DNA of 63,968 bases, the filler included, from Bigelowiella natans CCMP2755 (taxonomy: Eukaryota; Protista; Cercozoa): the NCBI GenBank assembly GCA_000320545.1. It is 6 parts of 6 records of this genome, joined end to end, with 100 filler letters (N's around TTAATTAATTAA, not from the genome) between each part and the next. Parts side by side here need not be neighbours in the genome. Positions count along the whole stretch, not along the records: positions 24,863 to 55,400 come from ADNK01000601.1; 5 more parts are not named here. The stretch is one strand, 5' to 3'. A program made the position numbers and the translations under genes. This document shows positions 25,421 to 37,998 of the stretch, piece after piece. How positions within the stretch are numbered: position 1 is the stretch's first letter; the number at the start of each line of letters is the position of its first letter. The notes under the pieces were generated by a model that was not told the DNA's origin, did no database searches, and saw only the letters and a list, made by a program, of their open reading frames with translations.

Positions 25421-27032
25421 GCGGCGGTGAGGAGAGGGAGGGAGATGATAGCGTGGGAGCGTAGTCACGATTGAGCTCCCACAGACACTTAACATCAGCT
25501 GGCCACCAGTCGTCGCGATGGTACCACTTCTGCTCCCCCCCACGCTCCTTCTCTCCCTCCCCTACCCGAGCCACGTCCACCGTGACGTCACCCTTCCACG
25601 AGGGGGCAGCGTTTGCGACCCTGGGATCCTCCACAATCCCCCCCTTCATGGCAGGGGGTGCTCCTTGAGCTATCAACTATGTGTTGTGTGGATACCAACA
25701 TCAGGTTAAGTGAAACGAGGTTCTACTCTGAGGTAAGATGTTGGGGTGTGGACAGCCTCGAATAGCCCCATAACTGATAACGAGGAAACACCTTCCCATT
25801 CCTTCCCCTAAATTCGTCTCCACCTTCCCCCAATACCAGTTTTATCATCATCATCCTCATCATTCTCACCATCATCGTCATCACTATCATCGTCATCCCA
25901 CCTGGCTCAAGTAGTCTGAAGGAAAGACCGCGTCTTCGTCGTCATTCCATAAATTGCCCCTACTCGTGCCGCCTCCTCCTCCTCCTCCTCCTCCTCCCAT
26001 TCTTACTGCATCGTTGCTACTGACATAGCGGCTCCAAGCCGAATGGCTGCTTGGCAATCGCGACTGGACTCTTCGAGGTTCCTCCTTCTCCTGGAATACC
26101 CGTCCTTTCATCGTCCCAGCCATCACCTTTTTCTCCTTCTTCATCTTCTTTTTTTTCTTCTTCTTCCTATTCTTCGGGTTCTTGATTTTCTTCGAGTCAC
26201 CTCGGGCCGCAGCCCCAGCGACAACACATTGCGCGCAGAGCAGCTGCCCGTTCACCTACGAAGGAGAGGGGGGGGGGGGGGAAGAAATGAAGGGGAGTCG
26301 ATTATATGTTATTGAAGGCAACAAACATATTGTTATTTTAGGTACACACATAGCTCGTAGGGCAAGAGAGGGCAAAAAACCTGCAGCGTGAAATGCTGTT
26401 GCGATGAAGACGGGGAAGATGGCGGCTGGAGCAGTGTCGAGACGACCCGTTTAATGGGTCCTCTGCTGCCGCGTCCTTTTCGGGACGATTTGTCGCCGTC
26501 GAATGAGGCCAGAACGGATGGTGGGATATCTATGGAGACATCGAAGCCCCCTGCTGACGCTGTTTGTCGCTGTCTTCCCATTCTTCTTCTCCGGACATTT
26601 GGATCATGGAGGGATGATGGTCGCGCCTGGTTCCGCTTGCTCATCGAAACCCAGCAGCCGCCTTTCTTTTAGGGCGATGTGGGCGATGATAGCGCACTGG
26701 TAATTTCTGATGTGAAGGGGAAGTCCGGACCCTGTCGTTGAAAACAAACAAGCAGGCAGCACAGCAGGGCATCTTGCATCAAGATCTTTTTCTCGGTCGG
26801 AGGGGTAGGGTGCCATTCAAGATGATGGGGAAGAAGAGATTCAGTAAAGAGTGCACTTCATTCTAATTAGGGGGAAAACCGGACGATGCTCCATTAATAT
26901 CCCTCCCCAGCAAATGTGGAGGAGTTGCTCGTAGGGAATCATCGGTTCGTGCTTCGGAGAGAAATGTCCGGGAAAATCGTCACCGTCATGTGTGGGTATC
27001 AATACGCCGCAAGTTCTCTCTCTTTCTCTCAA
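25119..27032 (-). CDS. Hypothetical low-complexity multi-exon protein (partial)
   Basis: Minus-strand open segments such as KWYHRDDWWPADVKCLWELNRDY and LPLHIRNYQCAIIAHIALKERRLLGF. No family recognised. Confidence 0.3.
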
Positions 27033-27442
27033 CTCCCATCTTCCTCCCCAGTGTCTTCCCGCCCCTGTGCACTCTTCCCAATAACCTTTGCCCCCCTCCT
27101 TCTCTTCACAAGAGAACCAATGGGCGGGGTGCGAATCTCCTTCGACCCGAAAACTGGCTTCCAGGAATCGAAAATATTTACGTCGAAGGAATATCTAAAA
27201 TTATGGAAGACACGCTATGCAATCATTGATCCGCTAAGTCGGAGAATCTCACAATACTCTCCTGTTCAGAGCTGCTCTCAACCTACGAAGATCTGACAAT
27301 TTATTCCCGAAGTAAATTCTGGAGTATCTATTACCTACTTTTTGGTTTGGATATTTCCTGGTATATTTTCTGCCATAGGCTCACAACAATTACTACAATA
27401 CTCGTGCAACAACAGATAGATCCCAAGAAACAAACGCACGCG

Positions 27443-28494
27443 ATGGGGGCGCTTCAGAGCTTGTGGTCGCAGACGTGCAGCCTGGAAATGGAACCACTGG
27501 AATTCGGTAAAGTAACTGAGAGTGTAGCTAGCCCGCCATGCGGCTGTAGAGCTCCTCCCCGCCCTCAGATCGTTTCCTTGCAATCAGATGTTCCGGTCAA
27601 AATCGACGTTCCGGGCGATCGCGAGGGAACTAAGTCGGGAACACACAACGCATCATCGTACACGCTTTGGAGCGCAAACCATGACTTCTAGCCAATGAGG
27701 AGCGGGGGGAAATATTAGGGGAAATGAGGGGTTGGGAAAAGGGAGGGGGGGGGAGAGTGAGGGAGGGCAGCAACACGCACGAATTCCCCCATGAACCGCC
27801 ACCCAGGTTGCTTGTATTTTCCAAAGGTACTACATCCTTGACAACAAGTCTCTGAAGAAATTACAGCTCGAGGTATGTTTGAGAAAGAACAGAGAACTAG
27901 GGGCCTCCCTTCCTTTCGACACCCCACATTTACACATCGATGTCTGCCGCTGCGAGATGATAATTCGTGATTATGGAAATGGCAGGCAAAGAAAGAAGAC
28001 CTATGGATCACCGCTGAGGCCGATGATCAGTTACTTCCACCATAGATGATAATTTATAATGGGCCGTGGGAGGGGGGGAAGGGGTTGGGATGGAAGCAGG
28101 GCTGTCTTTGTCAAGGCAGATGAGGGGAGGATGTTCCTTCGATATTGTTGATCTAAGTTCGGTTATTATATGTTATTTAGATTGTTAAAGGGCATCTACT
28201 TCGCAGAGAGTGGTGAGTGAATGAGAGGGGAGAGCTAGCGAAGTCGCATGCAGTGTTGGCCACCCACCTTTGGCTCCCATTTATGATGCCGAAGTTACAC
28301 ACATTCATTCTCCCAGCAGCCCCCCTCTCTCTCCCCCCCTCTCTCTCGATACCCTATCTCTTTTACAATGTAGCTTCGTTTTTCTTTTTCCCAGAGAACA
28401 GTATATTGTTTAATTTTGGGATCCGCAAATTGCAATGTTAATCTTCAAGCAAATCACACATATGTGCACGTGGAATCCCTAGTACATATTCGTT

Positions 28495-28537
<43 letters not shown>

Positions 28538-29396
28538 CTTGTTTACTGACACTCTCTCGCCCATCAGTATGGATGCCTGAAAAGAAGACCTGGTTTAATG
28601 AAAGGAGCGAAAATTTAAGTGAATCGGTAGTTCAGACCGACAATGCATGGCACCACTGGCTCAAATCTCCCCCCCTGCTCCCTCAGCAGCGATGAATTGT
28701 TATCTTTAATAAAATCAATTTCAATCACCCTCCTCTCAGGTCAAGAATCGGCAGAAGAGTCTCTCTCTGAATGTAATGGAAGTGACAGCAATCATATTCC
28801 CCTTCTCTTCCTCCACCCAAAATATCCTAAATGTAGAAGAAAATTAAACCCAAAAACCTCGTAACACGCATGTGTGATGAAAAAGGACGAGATCGCGCCC
28901 ACTTTGGTGCAGATGAAGAAGGGAAGGGGGGGGGAGCAAAAATAGGGCGTCGATTATCAAGGATAAATACGGAGAGGGGAGGAGGAAAGAGAAATGGGGA
29001 TGAGCAGGGGGGTGGGAATCATTGGTGACCTGAACATGTGTCCTATTACTATTTCAGATCAAATATGAGGATCTTAACGCAAAAGCAAGAGCTACTAGAG
29101 ACTTCCATTTCACCGTAGCAACAGACGCCAGACCGGTATAAATTTTACATAAATATATATTCGTTATATTCGTTATATTGACTAATTGGTATATAACTTC
29201 AACAAAAGACGACTAAATACCACCTCGTGCTCATATGGTTTCTTTCTACTATGTTGGTTTGTCGGTTGCTCGTATTTGCAATAAATGTGATTTCTTTCTA
29301 GAAAATGAAGGCCGACAATGTGATGGTGGCGAACCCTGCGCCATTGAAGTAGGGCCTTAATCCTCTCTCACCATACTCTCGTATTCTCTCTCTCTC

Positions 29397-29441
<45 letters not shown>

Positions 29442-29962
29442 GAAATATGCACACCACCATACACGCACAAACAGGGTGCAGTTCCTCGTTACCAAAGTAA
29501 AGGCAAGACGGCAGGTCGCTCTCTCTTCCTTCCCCTCCCACTTCTCTTCCTCTGAAGCACCAAGCGCGCACTACACGCCCAATAACCCACTGCTGCTGCT
29601 GCCGCCTCGATTCGGCATGTATTCACAAATAATACCATCGCGCAGATAAAATTCGTCTTCGCGATCCCAAGCGCCAAGGAGTCAGATGAGCAGGAGGATG
29701 GGAAGGAGAGGAAGGAGGAGAAGGCCGCCGACGAGAGGAAGGAAGGAAAGGAGGGTGGTGGCTCGGATAGCGCCCTCAAAAACCTTCTGAACAAGGTTAG
29801 GTGCTGCTGCTGCTGCGTGATGGAAACGATGATGACGAGTGCGAAGTGAATACTGCAAAACAGCAACAACTCCAAAAGTTCCTATGATATCTAATTTTTT
29901 CGTGATACGCTTTCGTAGAAACCAGGCAGCACTGAGTCCTTTTGCCCATTGTTTGTCCTGAT

Positions 29963-30019
<57 letters not shown>

Positions 30020-30127
30020 TCTAGCGGACAACCGAGAAGATCTTCTACCCTCCGAAGCTTCCCTGGGAGGAGTGGAATGTAGGAATGAATAAGACCCTTT
30101 TTGTACTTACCAATACGTCTGCTTTCG

Positions 30128-30165
<38 letters not shown>

Positions 30166-30351
30166 CACCCCCCTTTCCACACGGACACATGCGCGAACAT
30201 AAACAACCAGCTGCAACAATATTGAGATTTTGATGTTTTCATCACCACCACCACCACCCCGATCATCATCGATGATACTGATGATGCACATTGTTGTTTC
30301 CGCTAGCTTGGATTGACGTTCAAATCGGGAACGACTGAAGGTCTTTCGTAG
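27443..30351 (+). CDS. Hypothetical multi-exon protein
   Basis: Splice-bounded exons MGALQSLWSQTCSLEMEPLEF, YYILDNKSLKKLQLE, IVKGIYFAES, IKYEDLNAKARATRDFHFTV, IKFVFAIPSAKE and RTTEKIFYPPKLPWEEWN|LGLTFKSGTTEGLS*. Confidence 0.4.
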
Positions 30352-31626
30352 ATCAGTGTAGTCATTACAGATAGTCATTAGAGCAATGTCCGTTGCATTT
30401 ATTTAAGTCTCGTCCCCAATATGAAAATGCCAGAGTTTTACCGTTATCAGCATCACGAATGCCTTTCATCCCCCCCTTGCAAACTTTAAGCTTATCTACA
30501 AACAACCTGTCGTACAGCGGCACAAACAGCTACTTACACTCACCCGCTCGCTCTGCTTTTGCTTATGGTGGTGGAATCGTGTCCTATTGTTGTTGTTGGT
30601 GGTGATCCTGCCCGGCGCTAGTGGAGGAAGCTGTTGGACTCGCAAACGACGTTCGAATGGGGTGGAAAGTCATCAAAATCGACGACCGGGATGTTACGGC
30701 ACAGAATCTCCCAGAATTCTTGAAAGAACTGGAGGTAGGTTTTGGCAAAATTTTTCCAATTTAGATCCAGGAGATAATCGCTCGCATAGGAGACGAAGGC
30801 GGTGAAGATGGTTTCTGCTTTGCGGCACAGCAGCCTTCTGCCCTGTCGCGGGACAGAAAATCATTGCTGCTTTCGCTACCTTTCAAAAACAAAAATAAAC
30901 ATGGAGGAATCAAAAGGAGTTTATGCTTCTGGGATAGTAACCAACCGCCGCACACAAATGCTCAGAGACCATTCTCAGTCGTCGGCATATTTTAGCAGAA
31001 TAATGATATATTTTTAAGTGTTTTTGTGAAGCTATCACTCAGTTCGGTGTTTTTCTCCTTTTGGCACTGCATTAATGGTTTGGTTTATCATTTGATACAT
31101 AGATAAAATGCGCGCCATCTGAGAATGTGAAGAGGTTGGATCCTCTTCCCGAGAGCAAAGATAGGGAAGTTTAGCCGCGAGTGCACTGGGTCACTCACTG
31201 TTGAATGGATTTATCGTATTGATAATGGTCGATGTACATTAGTGTACATTAAAGTCGCGTCAAAACCATCGTTATTATTAACTACACTTTATGCGTTCAT
31301 GTTCACAATGCAAAGATGTGTGAGCGTACATTCTGTACATGTATGGAGCGCTGCATGCAACTATTAACATCATCACCTACACGTGCGCGAATGTGCACCG
31401 GCGCAATTCATAACAGCGTTCGGCTAGCATGCTGCACATATCTAGATCGACATTTCATTTGTGTGTGGTAAGCACATCTGCATCATGGAGGCGCACTACA
31501 ATATTCAATTTGGCGGCTCATCTTGTCATGAGAAAAATGTAAGGGTCTTGGAATCTGCCTAACAACGAGCTACTTCTCAGCCAAATGATTCAACTATGTC
31601 TGTAAACCTGTGGAATTGGAGACTTG

Positions 31627-32838
31627 TCATTTCGAAAATGAAATGCCAACATTTTCGCAGCAATGCTTGTTGAAAGGGACCGCCCATTGTCCACCCTGAA
31701 GAGCTTTTTCTACGTCGGCATGCAGCATTGCCATACCTCCAAGGTCTCGTAGCAGCACGAATCTCAAGAAATGCACCATCAGGAACGTGTGAATCTTCGT
31801 TGCCGAATCAACTATCCGGGACCGAGGAAGGCTTGAATGTGCCTGCCTTTTCTTGATGTTGTCAATTATCGTCAGCACGTTCTTACCAGCCGTATCCCTA
31901 GCCCTCAGATTGCACTTTCCATGCTCCACAAGAAGGCGGACAACAGAAAAGTTCAGGTTTTCGACCGCGATGTGCAGAGGAGACCAACCGTCCCAAGAAT
32001 CGGCTGCTTTTCTTTTGCAGTCCACGCAAGCTCCGCTGTCAATGAGGTGCTTTGCAACATCATGGTTTCCCTTCGTTGCAGCCAAGTACAAAGGTGTCTC
32101 CCCATTTTCATCAGCGGCCTCGACGTTGGCCTTCTTCTCCAACAACGCCTTCACGATGCACAAGTGACCTTCACGAGACGCCACATGCAACGGGGTCCAA
32201 CCTTTAGTATCACCATCCCATGCAGACCCACTTTTATCAGCGGCCTCGGTGTTGGCAATCTTCTCCAACAGCGCATTAACGACGTCCAAGTGACCATGTT
32301 CAGACGCTATATACAACGGAGTCCAACCATGTTCATGAGCGCTCTCGATGGTGGCCTTCTTCTCCAATAATATCTTCACGACGTCCAAGTGACCATGTTT
32401 AGACGCTATATACAACGGAGTCCGACCATGTTCATGAGCGCTCTCGATGGTGGCCTTCTTCTCCAATAATATCTTCACGACGTCCAAGTGACCATGTTTA
32501 GACGCTATATACAACGGAGTCCAACCATGTTCATGAGCGCTCTCGATGGTGGCCTTCTTCTCCAATAATATCTTCACGACGTCCAAGTGACCATGTTTAG
32601 ACGCTATATACAACGGAGTCCGACCATGTTCATGAGCGCTCTCGATGGTGGCCTTCTCCTCCAACAACGTCTTCACGACGTCCAAGTGACCATTGTTAGA
32701 CGCTGCAAACAACGGAGTCCAACCATATTTACGCGCTGTCTCGGTGTTGGCCTTCTTCTCCGATAACATCTTCACGACGACCAATTGACCATCTCGAGAT
32801 GCTGCATACAACGGAGTCATCTTCTTGTAATTGCTCAT
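31627..32838 (-). CDS. Intronless ankyrin-repeat protein (403 aa, ~9 repeats)
   Basis: Repeated G(R/W)TPLYIASKHGHLDVVKILLEKKATIESAHEH. Near-identical 99-bp units at ~32270-32730. Confidence 0.9.
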   Translation of the reverse strand: MSNYKKMTPLYAASRDGQLVVVKMLSEKKANTETARKYGWTPLFAASNNGHLDVVKTLLEEKATIESAHEHGRTPLYIASKHGHLDVVKILLEKKATIESAHEHGWTPLYIASKHGHLDVVKILLEKKATIESAHEHGRTPLYIASKHGHLDVVKILLEKKATIESAHEHGWTPLYIASEHGHLDVVNALLEKIANTEAADKSGSAWDGDTKGWTPLHVASREGHLCIVKALLEKKANVEAADENGETPLYLAATKGNHDVAKHLIDSGACVDCKRKAADSWDGWSPLHIAVENLNFSVVRLLVEHGKCNLRARDTAGKNVLTIIDNIKKRQAHSSLPRSRIVDSATKIHTFLMVHFLRFVLLRDLGGMAMLHADVEKALQGGQWAVPFNKHCCENVGISFSK

Positions 32839-33078
32839 GCACTTGCGTTAAATGAACGAAGAGATGTTCTATCCGTCCGCGGTTTTGAGGAATGTACAAG
32901 CAGACTACTTCTTTTTGTTGTTTACTGAGTAAAATAAGAAAGTGGGCGCTAAATCGTTGTCGCACCCGAAAAATACATGTGAATTTCTTTTGGTTTAGAT
33001 CCTTGTCGCGCTAGTACGAGCATTCACAATCCGACAGCTGATCGTCTTGGTGCACGCCTCCCCCCCCCCTCACCATCC

Positions 33079-33381
33079 ATGGGGCTGCTCGATGTATCCC
33101 CAATCGTATGCTCCATGGCGGGGTTCCCGAACTTGAAGGGATGGTGTCGGTATGGGCTTGCTGGGCTGCTGCACGTGCTTCTCGCTGCTGCAGCCACCCG
33201 TTATCTGGGAGGCAAGTGGTTCATTGGTGCGGCGGTGTACGTGTCCTACCAGGTCATCGACTGGGCGTTGCACGACGACGATCTGTGCCTGAACCTAATG
33301 GAGTATGCTTTGGGCGTTGCCCTGGCCTTTTTGGTGCAGACGCCGTTGATATTTGATCGGAGAGGCATGAAGAAAGACTGA
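33079..33381 (+). CDS. Small hypothetical membrane protein (100 aa)
   Basis: ATG-started ORF with about three hydrophobic segments, divergent from the ankyrin gene. Confidence 0.4.
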   Translation: MGLLDVSPIVCSMAGFPNLKGWCRYGLAGLLHVLLAAAATRYLGGKWFIGAAVYVSYQVIDWALHDDDLCLNLMEYALGVALAFLVQTPLIFDRRGMKKD

Positions 33382-34985
33382 ACTGCGGGGTAGTCTAGGT
33401 AGGTATGCTTGGGACCCTTTCTCCTGAGAGCCTCTTCGCCAGCTGAAACGTTGTGCAACCTTGCTGTTGTGTTGGAAATGAGATTCGAGAGCTGTGCTTC
33501 CGTGCGCCTTTCTTGCCCTCTCCGGATCTTCCTTGCTAGCGTTGCGATGTACCCTGCTTGTTGCAGAATAAACGAACATCGACTTTGAGATACAATGCTA
33601 ACGGTGTGGAATATTCTTGTTGAGAAGCAGACCAACACTGACGTCAATGCTATGGACAGCCCGCTAGATTTGCATGACCATGAGTGATGGCGGTGCGGCT
33701 GTACGGTAGACTGTTGGCACAGCATAATACATTGTGTCTGTTGTGCATCAACGTCGAATCTACAGACGTGACTTGAACAGACGGATCGCTCGACAACGAG
33801 CAGTGTGTTGTGAGTTGAACAAGGAAAGGCATACATCCATACATAGAATATTGACGCCATGATGCCTGCTGTGCTGTGGAGATTCTACCCCACTCAACGT
33901 CAAAGTTGTTATTTAACTTCGATCATCTTTGTTCTTATTGATCTGCACATAGTACTTTTATCACGAGTTATAGCTCGCGTCCAAGGAGCGGCAGCTATCT
34001 CTGCATTGTCTCGATTATAGCATCCATCAATTGATGTATGTAACCTCAGTTCGCACGCAAATGGAGGCGTGCGGAACATCTTGATTGTTTACGGTGCTGC
34101 TGAATTCCGCAGCTGCGCATGCCTGTTGTTTTTTGCGTAAAGCAACACGCTAGACGCGCACCCTTCATGTACATCAAGCACGTCTTGTTATGCCAACAAA
34201 CACTCTGCGAGCACCATAATCACCTGCTCATACTATGGATCCAATTAACTGCCATCATGATTCGGAATGACAACACGAAACGACTGACAATTGCTGGAAA
34301 AGGAGCACGGATAGCTGCGCGTACTGCACGACATCGACGACAGAACATGGATGCTTTGTTTGCATGCATGAAGCACAAACAGATGCAACATAAGCGGTAG
34401 CAGCTACTTTGCAGAGCTACATCAGGATGACCATTGAAAATATTTAATCACTCCGTTACATCCGTCTCACATACGCAACAAGCATGTTGCATTGTTGTCT
34501 TACTGCTATATGTGCGCTCAACTACCATCATGTGTCGCAGCAATCACAGCACATCTATTCCAGGTGCGGCGCGTCATCACATTATTATTGCAATTATGTT
34601 TATTGTGTGTGCCATACGTGCACCAAGCAACATGCATGTTCCACTAGCTGTTTCGCGTCGATTTCGCTACGCTTCCTAGCTTGGCGCATATACATACTGT
34701 ACATGCAGCCATGACTATGTTTTGCAAGTGCCATGGTAATGCGTGCGAATCTTCAATGAGCAATGATCTCCCAAGTGTAACCAAAGCAATTGCCATTGCA
34801 GCACTATATTGGGGGTGTGAATTTCTAGCTTTTCGGTAATGTAGACAGCTTTCATGCAGTGCCCAAAAATCACTCGATTAAGATTCAAAAAATAAAGAGC
34901 TAGGATAATCCTTTTGTGCTGAGCGAATGGCTGGGTACTTATTTGTACCATAATATAACGATATAATATAGCTGGTGTGTGCGCG

Positions 34986-35026
<41 letters not shown>

Positions 35027-35332
35027 AAATCCCGATAAAGCATTTACGAGAGGATATCGCGGCTCAGTGGAACTTTGAAAAGAGAGATTTGTGACCTGCA
35101 TTTTCTATCATTTATGGGCAGAACTTCTGGAGATTTTCAATGGATATGTAGAATCCTACTTCACCGTCATCACTTTACGTAGTATCATTTGTGAACGTTC
35201 TCGCGGACAAAACAGCGGATTCGATGCTGGCGAGGAGGCGAGGGGAGACAGGTGACGGGTGAGGGGTGAGGAGAGTGATTCTTAATCAGCAACTAATGCT
35301 AAGTGTGCAAAATTTCTTGGCAGCTTTCTTTT

Positions 35333-35676
35333 CTATTCAGCAGGCTTTTCTTCTCCTCCTGCTCCTCCCGCAGCCGGAGCGACCATCGCATTGCCAAGGT
35401 ACCTACAAAGAGGGAAGGATCAATGAACATGTTACAAACCGATAGTCTGAAATACTGTGGATACGCGCTCAGTTATTTGTGGGAGGGGGGGGATGGCCAA
35501 TTCTGGTCTTTTTCTCCTCCCTCCTCCCCCCTTCTCATTCATTACATGTGCTCCTTTGCCGCGACGTCCTTCTCTATGTGTACGATGTTGGCGCTGGCAA
35601 AACAATAATACATTTTTGTCAGAAGTCATTTCTTCCATTCGGGTGGAGTTTTCTCCCGCGCGACATCGAAGGGATG

Positions 35677-35725
<49 letters not shown>

Positions 35726-35895
35726 TGACTTACTTGATGGTCTTCTGAGACTCAATAATGTTCTTCATGATCTCATCTCGTTCAGTTGCGCCTTGTTGCT
35801 CGAATCTGGAGGGGATGGATGATTTTCGGTTATACATTAGGAATCGTGAAAGCAGCAGCACAAATATGTAATGAAAGGAACAAAAATCAGATATG

Positions 35896-35932
<37 letters not shown>

Positions 35933-37613
35933 GAATGTTGTTTCCTTGCCCCCCCTCTCCCTCCCCTCAACCCAAACCGACTTCTTCTGCTTGTTGAGGC
36001 AGCCAAGAATGTCGTGCATCTTGATCAGCTGAAGCATAATACACGTAGGATCATTCGCAGATAATACACGCCAAATCTATTCAATAACAGCATGTGCATA
36101 TTTGATGAAGCACACGTGTATAAACACCACTGTTGCGCGCTACAACATCCCCATTGCATAGATATACTGCCGTGCGCGAGGCTCCTCATCAATCCGGATT
36201 CATCATAATCAAGTATCTTTCTTGCCTTTTGGCGCTCGTTGAGCGTCTTGATGCGGCCCTCCGCTTTTGCAATGAACCGGGCCTCCTCCTTCAGCTCTTC
36301 TTTGATCTGTGGTGAAGATGTAAGACGACGATGATTATGATGATGATATGATGGAGGGGCGTGACTGCGTTTTTTGGCGCAGTAATATTTATTCGATAAT
36401 CCTTCACGATATTACTCCCAACTACTACTGCTTCATTCGTTAATCGTCCACCTGGTTCAGCATCATAATTCTCTTGTTGAGAAACGCCGTCTCTTGCTCT
36501 ATGTACAACTGTAAGGAGAGGGCGATGTCAACTCATGAGAACAGTGCAAGTTACAGGGGGAAGGGGGGGGGGGCGGTAGCAGAATTTGTGCGTGCTGCTA
36601 GAAACTACGAAATTTGAAGGAACTTTAAATATTTGGATTTTTGTTTAATAATCTCCTCATCATGGTTATGCTTCAGAGTGTATTTCTTCGCTCTCTATCC
36701 CCACCCTCCTCTGCTGTGCGAACGGCTTTTCTTGCTCGAGCCTGGATGCAAGCTTGGTTTGTTGCATGCGAATTCGCTGTATCTCCGCAACCGTCTGAAT
36801 GCGGAGGGGGCACGCTGGCACCTGACAGGGTGGAGTACGGAGGCAGAGCAAACGACAGGAGAAGGGTTGGAGAGTAAGGATGTTATGATGGCGTTGTAGA
36901 GATGGATATGTGATGATATCGTTAGCAAGACGTGTGAATGAAGGAATGCGGGAATGCACTTGGAATGGGCGGCACCTCTGATCACATTCAGAAAAGGGAA
37001 ACGCTGATCTGACAAAAAGCGGGAAAAGAAATGCTGTCCTACCTCAGAGATCTGGCTGGCCTCTTTGGTATAATCGGCAGGGTTGTCCACCGAGTAGTCA
37101 TCGTGCAGGACGGGAACCATTGCAAAGGCAGGCGCTTGCATCTGAGATGTGTAGAGTTGATCACATGACGGTGAGAAGTGAGTGAGAGGGAAGGGGAGGG
37201 ACGGAAGATATGAGAATGGAAAATCAGCGTGTATGACGTGATGAATCTAGTTTTTATCTAACTGTTAAAAAGTCTTCTGTTGATGCTTAATCGTAAGATC
37301 CAATAACCACCTGTCCTGCAACAGCCTGGACTAAGCTTTCAGCCTGCATGCCGGCGTTGGCACTCGAGAGAATTTCAGCTCCATACGCCTGTGAAGGGGT
37401 TGTTTGGTTGTAGCGATGATGCTGGCTATGATATTGTTGGTTTTAAGGACGGCCTCAGCAGTAGCAGCAGTAGCAGCAGCAGCAAGCAGCAGTCGCGCGC
37501 ATTCTCTCTCATCCCTTGCTTAAACTATAAAACGAAAATTTAGGAGGAGAGGGAAGCAGAGGCACCATTTTTGAGAAGGAAAAAGCTAAGAAGAGCGAGA
37601 GCGGGCAACGCAT
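35333..37613 (-). CDS. Secreted coiled-coil protein, paralog B
   Basis: Spliced model MRCPLSLFLAFSFSKM|AYGAEIL..|MQAPAFAMVPVLHDDYSVDNPADYTKEASQISE|VPACPLRIQTVAEIQRIRMQQTKLASRLEQEKPFAQQRR|LYIEQETAFLNKRIMMLNQ|IKEELKEEARFI..ERQK|LIKMHDILGCLNKQK|KFEQ..GGEEKPAE*. Includes one GC-AG intron. Confidence 0.75.
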
Positions 37614-37998
37614 GTTGCTCAGAGTCGGAGGATGGCTCAAATTAAATTTTCAAAACATGCACGGCCCAACGCCGAACAATTAATTTCGTATTACAACATT
37701 AAAATATCGGCGATGACTCCCGTAGTTTTTGTCCTGCGACAAGAATTGGTCATAGTATTTTCGTACTGCGACAAAAATCATTCCTTGTCGCAAGCGTCCT
37801 CGGATGCTGAGCACAACATTCGAAACCAATTTGAATAAACTCTGGCTGACGATGGTGGTGTCGCCCCCCGCCCGGCGAACCTAAGAGCGACCATGACCAA
37901 AGCACACCGGTAGCACTTTCTTGTTTAAAACCTGAGTATCAAGAAGATGTATGGGCTGTGGATGGGGAGGAGTAGATCCGTTAGCGTCGCAACATGAA

